From Myxococcota bacterium (lineage in GTDB: Bacteria; Myxococcota_A; UBA9160; UBA4427), in NCBI GenBank assembly GCA_965250285.1, contig OZ252299.1:3008001-3072000 (forward strand): DNA of 64,000 bases. Direction: 5' to 3'. The notes under the pieces were generated by a model. It ran no database searches, was not told the DNA's origin, and worked only from the letters and a program-made list of their open reading frames with translations. A program made the position numbers and the translations under genes. Below are positions 46,659 to 56,641 of this stretch, one piece after another; the first letter of the stretch is position 1; each line of letters opens with the position of its first letter.

Positions 46659-48218
46659 ATGTCCTGGCAGAACGAAGTCGACGAGATCGAACGCCGCAGA
46701 AAGCGCGCCCTCGAACACGGGGGGGCCGCGGCCGTCGAGAAGCAGCACGGTCGTGGGCGCCTCACCGTACGCGAGCGCATCGACGCACTCGTCGACCGAG
46801 ACACCTTTCGCGAACACGGACGCGTCACGGGCAGCTCCGACACCGGCGAGGCCGGCGACGAGACCTTCGCCCCGGCCAACACGGTGGTCGGTCTCGCCGA
46901 GATCGGCGGACGGCGTGTCGTGATCGGGGGCGACGACTTCACCCAGAGCGGCGGCGCCTACTCGCCGGCGGGCCTGAAGAAGGGCCTCTACGTCGACGAG
47001 CTCGCGATCAAGCGGCGGCTCCCCCTCGTCCGGCTGCTCGAAGCCGGGGGTGCGAGCGTGACCGGCACCGGCGGCGCCCGCGGTCGCTCGGGCTACGACA
47101 TGACGGCGCCACCGATGCTGAATGTGCTCTGCATGGAGGCACTCGCGAGTGTCCCCGTGGTGTGCGCTGCGCTCGGGCCGGTCGCGGGCTATCCGGCCGG
47201 GCGTCTCGCCGCCTCGCACTTCTCGCTCATGACGAAGGACACCGCCCAGGTGCTGACCGGAGGCCCGGCTGTCGTCGAGCGCGCCCTCGGCGAGGCAACC
47301 AGCAAGGAAGAGCTCGGGAGCGCCAAAGTGCATGGGCGCAGCGGGGTCGTCGACAACGTCGTCGACGACGAGGAAGACGCCTTCCGACAGATGCGAAAGT
47401 TCCTCTCGTACATGCCTCAGAACGCATGGAGCGCGCCCCCGCGCTTCGACGTCGGCGATGTGCGCGACCGGTGCGAGCCCGCGCTGCTCGAGATCGTGCC
47501 GCTAGAACGGCGTCGCGCCTACAAGATGCGCAAGCTGATCGAGATGGTGGTCGACGGGCGCAGCTTCTTCGAGATGACGCGCGGCTACGGCCGCTCACAG
47601 ATCACCGGCCTGGCGCGGGTCGACGGCCACCCGGTGGGCGTGTTGGCGAACGACTGCATGTTCGACGGTGGATCGATGACGGCCGAGGGAGCGCAGAAGG
47701 TCCGGCGCTTCGTCGAGATGTGCGACAACTTCCATCTGCCGATCGTGAGCTTCGTCGACGAGCCGGGTTTCATGATCGGCGGTGCAGCCGAGCAGGCCGC
47801 GACGATCCGCCACGGCATGAACGCGATGTTCGCGGTGCTCCAGACGCGCACTCCGTGGTTCGCGATCGTCGTTCGCAAGGCGTTCGGCGTGGCTCAGGGC
47901 ATTCACTACGGGTACGGCGGCACCGTCGTCGCCTGGCCTTCGGCCGTGAGCGGTGCCCTGCCGGTCGAGAGCGGCGTACATCTGGCCTACCGCGCCGAGA
48001 TCGAGGCGGCCGACGACCCGGAAGCGAGGCGCCGAGAGCTCGAGGACGAGATGGCGAAGGGGCAGTCGATCCTGCCCCGTGCCGAGGAGTTCGGCGTCCA
48101 CGATCTGATCGACCCGCGCGAGACGCGCCCGCGTCTGTGCGAGTGGCTCGACGAAGTCGAGGAGCAGGTGGCTCTGCACGTTGCGGCGGGTCCACGCACC
48201 TACTCGATGCGACCGTGA
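46659..48218 (+). CDS. Acyl-CoA carboxylase/decarboxylase carboxyltransferase (beta) subunit
   Basis: QHGRGRLTVRERI..L.D, DDFT..GG, GGP.VV, VDEPGFMIG, IDPRETR. Confidence 0.93.
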   Translation: MSWQNEVDEIERRRKRALEHGGAAAVEKQHGRGRLTVRERIDALVDRDTFREHGRVTGSSDTGEAGDETFAPANTVVGLAEIGGRRVVIGGDDFTQSGGAYSPAGLKKGLYVDELAIKRRLPLVRLLEAGGASVTGTGGARGRSGYDMTAPPMLNVLCMEALASVPVVCAALGPVAGYPAGRLAASHFSLMTKDTAQVLTGGPAVVERALGEATSKEELGSAKVHGRSGVVDNVVDDEEDAFRQMRKFLSYMPQNAWSAPPRFDVGDVRDRCEPALLEIVPLERRRAYKMRKLIEMVVDGRSFFEMTRGYGRSQITGLARVDGHPVGVLANDCMFDGGSMTAEGAQKVRRFVEMCDNFHLPIVSFVDEPGFMIGGAAEQAATIRHGMNAMFAVLQTRTPWFAIVVRKAFGVAQGIHYGYGGTVVAWPSAVSGALPVESGVHLAYRAEIEAADDPEARRRELEDEMAKGQSILPRAEEFGVHDLIDPRETRPRLCEWLDEVEEQVALHVAAGPRTYSMRP

Positions 48219-48237
48219 GACAACGCGAGCGCGGCGC

Positions 48238-49074
48238 TCAACGACCCTTGAAGCTCGGCTTGCGCTTCTCGCTGAAGGCCGCGACGGCTTCGCGGTAGTC
48301 GTCGGTCATGGCCCCACGCACCATCCGATCGGCCTCGACCTCCATGCAGGTCGCCAGATCGGCATGGGTCGCGCGGTTGAGATTGCTCTTCATGAAGCGC
48401 ATCGAGATCGGCGGCCCGCTCGCGAGCTGCCGCGCCATTTCAAAGGCCGCATCGGCGAGCTCCTGCTCGGGGACGACGCGATTGAAGAGACCGAGCGACA
48501 GGCATTCGTCGGCGCCGATGCGATCCGACAAGAAGTAGATCTCGCGGGCCTTCGCGGGGCCGACGAGCTGCGTGAGAAACCAGCTCCCCCCGTAGTCGCC
48601 CGACAGGCCGACGCGTACGAACGACGTGAGCAGAAACGCGCGTTCGCTCGCGATGCGGAGATCGCACGAGAGCGCGATCGAGAAGCCCGCCCCAGCGGCC
48701 GCACCCGGGAGCGCGCAGAGCGTCGGCTTCGGCATCTCGTGCAGCATGCGCGGGAGCTGATGCTCCCAGCGAAGCTGGCGCTGCCGATCCTCCATCGAGG
48801 GGGGCTTGCCATCCTGCTTCATCCGCTTGGTATCGCCCCCCGAGCAGAAGGCCGAGCCCGCGCCGGTCAGCAGGACACAGCCGACCTCATCGTCAGCGGC
48901 AAGATCGCGGACGAGGGTGTAGAGCCCTTCCTTCATGTCCATGGTGAGGGCGTTCTTCGCATCGGGCCGGTTCAGCGTCAGCGTGGCGACGCGCTCGCGA
49001 ACGTCGCAGAGCAGTTCTTCCGTGCCGGTGTCGATCGCGCGGCCTTCGCCGCGCTCGCTCGCGTTCTCGGCCAT
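48238..49074 (-). CDS. Enoyl-CoA hydratase/isomerase family protein
   Basis: LNRPDAKNAL, FCSGGD, GAAAGAG, GLSGDYGG, EKRKPSFKGR. Confidence 0.94.
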   Translation of the reverse strand: MAENASERGEGRAIDTGTEELLCDVRERVATLTLNRPDAKNALTMDMKEGLYTLVRDLAADDEVGCVLLTGAGSAFCSGGDTKRMKQDGKPPSMEDRQRQLRWEHQLPRMLHEMPKPTLCALPGAAAGAGFSIALSCDLRIASERAFLLTSFVRVGLSGDYGGSWFLTQLVGPAKAREIYFLSDRIGADECLSLGLFNRVVPEQELADAAFEMARQLASGPPISMRFMKSNLNRATHADLATCMEVEADRMVRGAMTDDYREAVAAFSEKRKPSFKGR

Positions 49075-49081
49075 GATCGGC

Positions 49082-49864
49082 TCAGCGCCCCCGATACTTC
49101 GGCTCGCGTCCCTCGGCGCGGGCCGCCTTCATCTCAGCGTAGTCCTCGGACGCGAAGACCATCGACTGCGCCACCGACTCCTCCTGCAGCGACGCGCGGA
49201 CGTCGGGGTTCACGAGCCGGGTGAACGTGCGGCGGAACATCTTGACCGTGAAGGGCGGCGCCTTCGCGATCGTGCCCGCGATCTCGAGGGCGGTGTCATC
49301 GAGCTCGGCCTCGGGCACGACCCGCGAGACGATGCCATGGCGCAGCGCTTCATCCGCCTCCATCACGCGGCCCGTGAGGCAGAGGTCGGCCGCGACACCG
49401 TGCCCCGCCATGTGAAAGAGCCGCGCTGTGCCGCCGCTGTCGGGCACGACGCCGTGACCGATCTCGGGCAGCATCATGCGAGCCCCCTCGGCCGCGATGC
49501 GCATGTCGCAGAGCAGCGCCCGCTCGAACGATCCACCGATCGTCCAACCCTTCATCGCGACCACGATCGGCACCTCGAGGGTGAAGAAGGCCTGCGTGCC
49601 CGCGTGACCCCGCTCGATGAACTCGAAGTCGCTGATGTCCTCGGTCCGCACGCCGAGCTCACTCGTATCGCGTCCCGAAGAGAACGACTTGCCTTCGCCG
49701 CGCCAGACCACGGCCCGCACGTCTCGATTCGACCTCAGCTCTTCGAGGGCCGCGAACAGCTGGCGATCCATCTCGTCATTGGCCGCGTTGTGCTTCTCGG
49801 GGCGATCGTTCGTCAGCACGGCGACGTGGCCGTCGATCTCGAGTCGAATCAGATCTGTGCTCAT
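49082..49864 (-). CDS. Enoyl-CoA hydratase/isomerase family protein
   Basis: RPEKHNA, FSSGRD, IGGSFE, LPE..HG..PD. Confidence 0.92.
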   Translation of the reverse strand: MSTDLIRLEIDGHVAVLTNDRPEKHNAANDEMDRQLFAALEELRSNRDVRAVVWRGEGKSFSSGRDTSELGVRTEDISDFEFIERGHAGTQAFFTLEVPIVVAMKGWTIGGSFERALLCDMRIAAEGARMMLPEIGHGVVPDSGGTARLFHMAGHGVAADLCLTGRVMEADEALRHGIVSRVVPEAELDDTALEIAGTIAKAPPFTVKMFRRTFTRLVNPDVRASLQEESVAQSMVFASEDYAEMKAARAEGREPKYRGR

Positions 49865-50021
49865 GTGAGGGATTCCGCGTCAAGGGGTGCGGCGTGCACC
49901 TTCGATTTGGCCGGCTCGGTACGCGGCCGGGGAGCTATCATCCCGCGTCCAGCGATCGGCCGCCAACATCGGCCGACCGACCGATCCCTGACGAAGGCAT
50001 CGAACTCGAGGAGTCGAAGAG

Positions 50022-50909
50022 ATGGGTCTTCCCGATCCGCCCGCCCTGGGCGCGAGCGCCCTGCCCGCCGGCACGTTCGATGGACAGACCGTGCTGGTCA
50101 CGGGCGGCGGCACCGGCCTCGGCAAGGCCATCGCGATCGAGTTCGCGCGACTGGGTGCGCGACTGGCGATCGCCAGCCGAAGCGAAGAGCACCGCCAGGC
50201 GGGCGTCGCGGCCATCGAGGCGGTCGGCGCCGAGGTCATGGATGTCTTCTGCGACATTCGGCAGCCCGAGTCGGTCGGTGGAGCATTCGATGCCATCGAG
50301 TCGCGCTTCGGCCTGCCCGACGTGCTCGTCAACAATGCAGCCGGCAACTTCCCCGTCCCCGCCGAAGACATGTCACCGAATGCGTGGCGCACCGTCGTCG
50401 ACATCGTGCTCAACGGGACGTTCTATTGCTCCCGCGAGTTCGGGCGCCGCCACATCGCCGCCGGCACGCCGGGCAACATGATCGACATCGGTGCCGCCTA
50501 TTCGTGGACCGGCGGCCCCGGCTTTGCGCACTCGGCCGCAGCGAAGGCGGGCGTCAAGAACATGGTCGAGAGCCTCGCGGTCGAATGGGGCCCTTATGGC
50601 ATTCGCGTGAACGGTCTCGTGCCCGGGCTGTTCCCACACGACGACGAGACCCAGGCGATCCGGTCGGTGCCGGAGCGACGCCAGAGCGAGGCGCTGCGCT
50701 CCCCGGCCCACCGCGTCGGACAACCCCACGAGCTCGGATGGGCGGCGACCTTCCTCGCCTCGCCCTATGCGTCGTACATCACCGGGCACACGATGGTGGT
50801 CGATGGAGCCAACTGGCAGCGGCGGGCGATGCTGATGCCCGAGTTCGTGCCGATTCGCGAGCAGATGGGCAAGGGTGCCTTCACGCTCGAGAAGCCCGAG
50901 AAGAAGTAG
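50022..50909 (+). CDS. SDR oxidoreductase, 2,4-dienoyl-CoA reductase-like
   Basis: TGGGTGLG, NNAAGNF, HSAAAKAG, LAVEWGPYGIRVN. Confidence 0.92.
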   Translation: MGLPDPPALGASALPAGTFDGQTVLVTGGGTGLGKAIAIEFARLGARLAIASRSEEHRQAGVAAIEAVGAEVMDVFCDIRQPESVGGAFDAIESRFGLPDVLVNNAAGNFPVPAEDMSPNAWRTVVDIVLNGTFYCSREFGRRHIAAGTPGNMIDIGAAYSWTGGPGFAHSAAAKAGVKNMVESLAVEWGPYGIRVNGLVPGLFPHDDETQAIRSVPERRQSEALRSPAHRVGQPHELGWAATFLASPYASYITGHTMVVDGANWQRRAMLMPEFVPIREQMGKGAFTLEKPEKK

Positions 50910-50944
50910 AAGTCGCGGTCTGCGCACCGCCCAGGAGAAGCCGA

Positions 50945-51766
50945 ATGAGCCTCGGTGAACCGAAGGACGACTGGTACATCGATCTCGAGATCGACCCGCC
51001 CATCGCGACGCTCGTGCTCAATCGGCCCGAGAAACTCAACGCGTGGAGCTGGGAGTCGGCCCGTCAGATCACGACCCGCGCCGACGAGATTCGATTCGAC
51101 GACCGCATTCGCGTCGTCATCGTCCGCGCCGAGGGCCGCGCGTTCTGCGCTGGCGTCGACCTCGGCATGCCCGAAGACCGCATCACCGGCCGCTCGCCCG
51201 CCGAGAAGGTCCGCAATTACTACGAGAAGTTCCGCTGGGTGCACGAGCGCTTCAAGGTGCTCGCCAACCTGCCCCAGCCGGTCCTGATGGCGATCCACGG
51301 CTACTGCCTCGGCGCCGGTCTCGAGGTCGCGATGATGGGCGACATCCGGATCGCGAGCGACGACGCGAAGTTCGCGCTGCCCGAGCCGAAGGTCGGCGTA
51401 TCGATCGACGCGGGGGGCGACCTGCGCCTCGTCACCGAGATCGGGGCGGCCTGGACCAAGCTCCTCGCCTTCACGGGCCGACGCATCGACGCGGAGACCG
51501 CCGCGCGCATCGGCATCGTGCAGGAGGTCGTGCCCCGAGACGCGCTGCTGTCGCACGTGCGCGCTCTCGCCGAGGAGATCGCGGGCAACGCGCCGCTCGG
51601 CGTCCAGGGCATCAAGCGCACGGTCAATCACTACGCCGAGCGCGGCCTCGACGAAGCGCTGCGCTTCGAGGCCGCGAGCGCCTCGGTGCTCTTCACGTCG
51701 GACGACATGACGCTCGGCTACAAGGCCATGGCCGAGAAGCGCGACGCAGACTTCGAAGGTAAGTAA
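50945..51766 (+). CDS. Enoyl-CoA hydratase/isomerase family protein
   Basis: LNRPEKLNA, FCAGVDL, GAGLE, LPE; AGGAG RBS (the ORF track extends it spuriously to 48935). Confidence 0.93.
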   Translation: MSLGEPKDDWYIDLEIDPPIATLVLNRPEKLNAWSWESARQITTRADEIRFDDRIRVVIVRAEGRAFCAGVDLGMPEDRITGRSPAEKVRNYYEKFRWVHERFKVLANLPQPVLMAIHGYCLGAGLEVAMMGDIRIASDDAKFALPEPKVGVSIDAGGDLRLVTEIGAAWTKLLAFTGRRIDAETAARIGIVQEVVPRDALLSHVRALAEEIAGNAPLGVQGIKRTVNHYAERGLDEALRFEAASASVLFTSDDMTLGYKAMAEKRDADFEGK

Positions 51767-51783
51767 GTGAGGGGAGCCAACCG

Positions 51784-52623
51784 ATGACGGCGCAGGCGGG
51801 CGGTCGCGTCGCGTTCGTGACGGGCGCGAGCCGCGGGATCGGCAAGGCCTCTGCGATCGCGCTCGCGCGCGCTGGCTTCGACCTCGTCTTGACCGCGCGC
51901 ACGGTCCATGAGGGGCAGGCTGCCGATGGCTCGTCCCTGCCCGGCAGCCTCGAGACCACGGCCGAGGCCGTCCGCGCCGAAGGGCGCGAGGCGCTCGCGA
52001 TTCGGCTCGACCTGCTCGATCGCGCAAGCATCGACGCGGCGCTCGACGAGACGTTCGATCGACTCGGTCGCATCGATGTGCTGCTGAACAACGCCATCTA
52101 CACCGGCCCAGCCGCCATGCAGCACGTCACCGAGCTGCTCGCCGCCGACGTCTCGACGCTCTTCGAGGCCAACGTCTTCGCGCAGCTCCACATCGTGCAG
52201 CGCGTCTTGCCGCGCATGATCGACGCCGGCGGCGGGACGATCATCGACATGGTCTCGGCCGCCGGCATGATGGACCCACCGGCACCGGCAGGCCGAGGCG
52301 GCTGGGGCTTCGCGTACGCGGCGAGCAAGGCCGCCTTCGAGCGACTCGTCGGGGTGCTCGCGGTCGAGCATCGCGGCGCGGGCTTGCGCCTGTTCAACGT
52401 CGAGCCCGGTTTCGTGGTGACCGAAGCCATGGTGCACAACGACCCCGAGGGCCACTTCGAGCAGTTCGGCGGCGCGCCGCCGAGCGTGCCGGCGGCGGTC
52501 ATCGCCTGGCTCGCCTCCTCCGAAGAGGCCGACGCCTTGAGCGGGCAGACCCTCACCGCACAGCGGGTCGCGCTGGAGCGCAAGCTGCACGAAGACTGGC
52601 GGCCGCCGCGCTCAGCGAGTTAA
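51784..52623 (+). CDS. SDR family oxidoreductase
   Basis: TGASRGIG, NNA, YAASK. Confidence 0.93.
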   Translation: MTAQAGGRVAFVTGASRGIGKASAIALARAGFDLVLTARTVHEGQAADGSSLPGSLETTAEAVRAEGREALAIRLDLLDRASIDAALDETFDRLGRIDVLLNNAIYTGPAAMQHVTELLAADVSTLFEANVFAQLHIVQRVLPRMIDAGGGTIIDMVSAAGMMDPPAPAGRGGWGFAYAASKAAFERLVGVLAVEHRGAGLRLFNVEPGFVVTEAMVHNDPEGHFEQFGGAPPSVPAAVIAWLASSEEADALSGQTLTAQRVALERKLHEDWRPPRSAS

Positions 52624-52856
52624 GCCCCTCACCTTAAACGACATGTACTTCACGAAACTGCCCTGACCCGCCCTGCGCCGAGCACGACCCGGATCGGCAG
52701 GATCGACGCGCACACGATTTTTCATCGCCGACTTGGTACATCCAAGTGCACCAGTCGAAATCGAGGTGATAGACTTCATGTTGCTGTGGCGGCATGTGGA
52801 CATCGGCATTGGGATCGAGGCTCGTTCTCGACGTGATGCGCTGTCTGGAGAGAGCC

Positions 52857-54020
52857 GTGCGCACGCGACCCACCTCGAGCCCGCCCGACGACTATTCGGT
52901 CGTATCCGACCTCATTGGTCTCGCCTACGACGCAGCGGGGGACGGTGATCTCTGGGTCACGTTTCTCGAGCGCATCGCCCAGACGCTCGAGCTGCGCGCC
53001 GTCAACTTCATGATCAGCGCCTCCGACGCCGAGGGATCGGTCGTCGCGCTGCCGCGCGCGTGGGGCTACGACGAAGACCAGAAACACGCTTACGAAAGCC
53101 ACTTCGGCGAGATCGACCTGCGCCGCAGGCAGGCGTGCAAGCTCGCCCCAGGAACCGTGGCCGTCGGTGATCAACTGCTCGCCGAGCGCGAGTTCGTCGA
53201 GACCGAGTACTTCAATGACTTCTACGCGCCCATTGGCCTTCGCTACGAGTTCGGTTCCGTCATCCACAACGACAGCCGCGCCCTCAATGCGCTCGTCTGC
53301 TACCGCGGCCCCGACCACGGACCGGCCAGCCCGCACGATCTCGAACTCTTGAGGTTGCTGACGCCCCATCTGCAGCGCGCCCGCGCACTCGCCGTCAAGC
53401 TCGGCACGATCTCGAATCAGGCCCGGATGTCGGCGGACGTCCTGCATCGCCTCGCGGCCGGCCTGATCTTCTTCGACGAAGAGGGCGCGGTGGTCGGCGC
53501 AAACGCCACCGCCGAGCGACTGCTGGCCGATGAGGACGGGCTCGCCGTATCGAAGGGACGGCTCCAGGCGGCTCGCCCGGTCGACTCGCGGTCTCTCGCG
53601 GCGATCATGTCCGAAGCCATCCGTCCTGACGATCGACTGAGCGCGCGCGGCCCGATGAGCATTCGACTGCCGCGGCCCTCGGGCCGCCGCAGCCTCGAGG
53701 TGATGGCGTGCGCCATCGATCCCGCTTCGAGGGTGTGGTCGCAAGGGCGCGCGGCAGGCTTCCTCGTCGTCAGCTCGGGCGAGGCGCAGCTGCACGGCGT
53801 CGCACGGCGATTGCGCGACCTCTACGGCCTGAGCGAGGCCGAATCGCAGCTCGTCGTGGCGCTCGCCAACGGATCGACTCTGAAGGATTGGGCCGCCACG
53901 CGCGGCGTCTCCATCGAGACCGTGCGCTGGCAGCTCAAGCAGGTCTTCGCGAAGACCGGCACCACCCGACAGCCCGAGCTGATGCGTCTCGTCCTGCTCG
54001 GGCCGGCGTTGATCCCCTGA
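52857..54020 (+). CDS. LuxR-type HTH regulator with GAF-like and PAS-like N-terminal domains (copy 1)
   Basis: LIGLAYDAA, LTPHLQRA, C-terminal LS.AE...S.ETVRWQLKQVF.KTG..RQ; GTG after GGAG, start uncertain. Confidence 0.9.
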   Translation: MRTRPTSSPPDDYSVVSDLIGLAYDAAGDGDLWVTFLERIAQTLELRAVNFMISASDAEGSVVALPRAWGYDEDQKHAYESHFGEIDLRRRQACKLAPGTVAVGDQLLAEREFVETEYFNDFYAPIGLRYEFGSVIHNDSRALNALVCYRGPDHGPASPHDLELLRLLTPHLQRARALAVKLGTISNQARMSADVLHRLAAGLIFFDEEGAVVGANATAERLLADEDGLAVSKGRLQAARPVDSRSLAAIMSEAIRPDDRLSARGPMSIRLPRPSGRRSLEVMACAIDPASRVWSQGRAAGFLVVSSGEAQLHGVARRLRDLYGLSEAESQLVVALANGSTLKDWAATRGVSIETVRWQLKQVFAKTGTTRQPELMRLVLLGPALIP

Positions 54021-54246
54021 GGCCGGACGCTCTCGAAGGCGAGGGCATTTCAGAGCGAGTTCTCGGCCACCTCAAACCTCGAACGATCGATCGAATTCGA
54101 CCGGCATGGACCCGACGCTTCGGGATCTTCTCCGATTCGATGGGCGGCGCGACTACAATGGGCCTCAGCGAGCCGACACCCAGAACTACGCGGTGGCGTG
54201 ACGTCGCTCGGCGACCTCGCGGACCGCTTCGACCGGAGCCGTCCTG

Positions 54247-55410
54247 GTGAGTGGCCCGAACCGGCATCAGATCCTCGATGATCCCGACGTCTTCTCTGGC
54301 CTCATCGGCCAGATCTACGACGCGGCGGGCGATCCGAACCTGTGGCCCGGCTTTCTCTCACAGCTGAGCAAGATCCTCGATCTGCGCGCGATGAATTTCG
54401 TGATGACCCACAACGACCCCACCGACCAGATCGCCGTGCTGCCGGCAACCTGGGGTCTGGATGAGCGTGAGATTCGCGACTACGAAGCGTACTTTGCCGA
54501 GATCGACCCGCATCGTCTGCCCACATTGCGTCAGACCGCCGGCACCGTCGGCCGCGCCGACCTCTTGGTGCCCGACGCCGAGTACATCCGCAGCGAGTAC
54601 TACAACGACTTCTACGCACCCATCGGCCTGCGACACGGCTTCGCGACGTTGATCCACAACGACGGCCAGATGACGAGCGTGCTCGTCGGCCATCGCAGCG
54701 TCGACCGGGGCCCGGCCGACGAGACCGACCTCGAGGTGCTGCGCCGATTGACGCCTCATCTCCAGCGCGCGCGCATGCTCTCGCTCCAGCTCGGCACGCT
54801 TCAACGGCAGGAGCGCATCGGGCACGACCTGCTCGACCAGATTCCGATCGGCCTGCTCTTTCTCGACGCGAAGGGGCGCTTCGTGAGCGCGAACGCCCGC
54901 GGCGACGAGATCTTGCGTGAGCAGGATGGCCTCGAGCTGAGCCAGGGCCGCCTCGCGGCTGCACACATCAGCGACACGCGCGCGCTCGGTGCGATCGTCG
55001 CCGCCGCGTGTGCGCCCGAACTGAGGCAGGAGTCGTCGGCGATGAGCCTGCGGCTCGATCGCCCGTCGGGCCGACGCCACCTCGAGCTGATGGCCTGCCC
55101 GATCGACCACGAGTCGCGATTCTGGTACGAGCGCTCTGCAGCGGCCTTTCTGGTCGTGAGTGACGGCGAGACCGAGCTCAAGGGCGCAGCCGCCCGCCTC
55201 CGCGACCTGTTCGGCCTCACGCATGCCGAGGCCGAGCTCACCGTCGCGCTCGCGCGCGGCGCGACGGTCAAGGAGTGGGCTCGACAGCGCGGTGTGTCGG
55301 TCGAGACGGTGCGCTGGCAGCTGAAGCAGGTCTTCGCGAAGACCGGCACGTCCCGACAGCCCGAGCTCATGCGACTCGTGCTGCTCGGCCCGGGGATGGT
55401 CTCGCGTTGA
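54247..55410 (+). CDS. LuxR-type HTH regulator (copy 2)
   Basis: Same architecture; SVETVRWQLKQVFAKTGTSRQPEL; GGAG RBS. Confidence 0.92.
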   Translation: MSGPNRHQILDDPDVFSGLIGQIYDAAGDPNLWPGFLSQLSKILDLRAMNFVMTHNDPTDQIAVLPATWGLDEREIRDYEAYFAEIDPHRLPTLRQTAGTVGRADLLVPDAEYIRSEYYNDFYAPIGLRHGFATLIHNDGQMTSVLVGHRSVDRGPADETDLEVLRRLTPHLQRARMLSLQLGTLQRQERIGHDLLDQIPIGLLFLDAKGRFVSANARGDEILREQDGLELSQGRLAAAHISDTRALGAIVAAACAPELRQESSAMSLRLDRPSGRRHLELMACPIDHESRFWYERSAAAFLVVSDGETELKGAAARLRDLFGLTHAEAELTVALARGATVKEWARQRGVSVETVRWQLKQVFAKTGTSRQPELMRLVLLGPGMVSR

Positions 55411-55456
55411 TGCGTCCCGCGACCGACGGCCCGACCGTGCGCGCGGAGCCACCTGC

Positions 55457-56623
55457 ATGAGTCGAGGCAGCGGGCCGAACCTGCTCGAGAACACCGAACT
55501 CGTGTCGTCGATGATTGGCTTGATCTACGACGCGGCCGGCGCACCCGAGTTCTACCCTCAGCTCCTCGAGCGGCTGAGCACCGTGCTCGAGCTGAATGCG
55601 GCCACGCTCGGCGTCGATCTCTTCTTGAACGAAGACGGCACGGCGCGCATCCCGCCCATCACGATCGGTTCGGGCAGTGAGACCTTCAACGCGTACGACG
55701 AGAACGTCGCTGCGGTCGACCCGTTCATCGATCCGTTGATGGACCTCGTCGAGAGCGCTGTCGTGCCATTCGATCGACTGGTCCCCGATGATGCGTTCGT
55801 TCGAGGCGCCTTCTACAACGACTTCTACGCGACCACGGGCAACCGTCGCGGCTTCGTGTCGGTCTTCCACCGCGACGCCGACACTTCGAGCGTGCTCTTC
55901 GGGCACCGTGCGCCGGACCAGCCGAACTGGACCGACGCCGAGCTGAGCTTCATTCGCGTGCTCACCCCCCATCTTCGACGTGCGCGCGCACTGGGTGAGC
56001 GCCTCGGCACGCTGACGAGCGACGAGGGGATCGTCGACGGCGTGCTCGATCGGCTGACGCTCGGCATCGTATTCGTCGACGCATCGGGGCAGTTCATACG
56101 CGCGAACGCGCGCGGCGAGCAGACCCTTCGAGAGCAAGACGGGCTCGGGCTCACCCGGGGTCGACTCGTCGCCGATCGCGCGGCCACGACCCAGGCGCTC
56201 GACGCCATCGTGGCCGCGGCCTGCGCAACCGGTCGGCACCAGACGCACTCGGCTCCGCTGAGCCTCCGGATCGACCGTCCATCGGGCCGCCGCAGCCTCG
56301 AAGTGATGGCCTGCCCGATCGATCGCGACTCAGAGGTCTGGAGTCACGGCCAGGCGGCCGCATTCATCGTCCTCAACGACGGCGATGCCGAGCTGCGTGG
56401 CGTCGCTCAACGCCTGCGCGATCTGCACGGGCTGACCGACGCAGAGGCGATGCTCACCGCCGCGCTCGCGGGCGGCATGACGGTTCGTGAGTGGGCCGAG
56501 CACCGCGGCATCTCCGTCGAGACCGTCCGATGGCAGCTCAAGCAGGTGTTCCAGAAGACCGGCGTGTCGCGACAATCCGACCTGATGCGCCTGGTTCTGC
56601 TGGGCCCGGCGGTCGTTCGGTAG
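55457..56623 (+). CDS. LuxR-type HTH regulator (copy 3)
   Basis: Same architecture; SVETVRWQLKQVFQKTGVSRQSDL; GGAG RBS. Confidence 0.92.
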   Translation: MSRGSGPNLLENTELVSSMIGLIYDAAGAPEFYPQLLERLSTVLELNAATLGVDLFLNEDGTARIPPITIGSGSETFNAYDENVAAVDPFIDPLMDLVESAVVPFDRLVPDDAFVRGAFYNDFYATTGNRRGFVSVFHRDADTSSVLFGHRAPDQPNWTDAELSFIRVLTPHLRRARALGERLGTLTSDEGIVDGVLDRLTLGIVFVDASGQFIRANARGEQTLREQDGLGLTRGRLVADRAATTQALDAIVAAACATGRHQTHSAPLSLRIDRPSGRRSLEVMACPIDRDSEVWSHGQAAAFIVLNDGDAELRGVAQRLRDLHGLTDAEAMLTAALAGGMTVREWAEHRGISVETVRWQLKQVFQKTGVSRQSDLMRLVLLGPAVVR

Positions 56624-56641
56624 CGACCCTGATGCGGCGAC

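Noticed and set aside
48935..51766. 943-aa ORF as a large fusion protein
   Set aside because: Only 50945..51766 is crotonase-like and has its own RBS; the rest overlaps real genes in other frames
52634..52873. Cys-containing 79-aa ORF as a possible RiPP precursor
   Set aside because: No RBS, no modifying enzymes nearby, and it overlaps the probable LuxR start region
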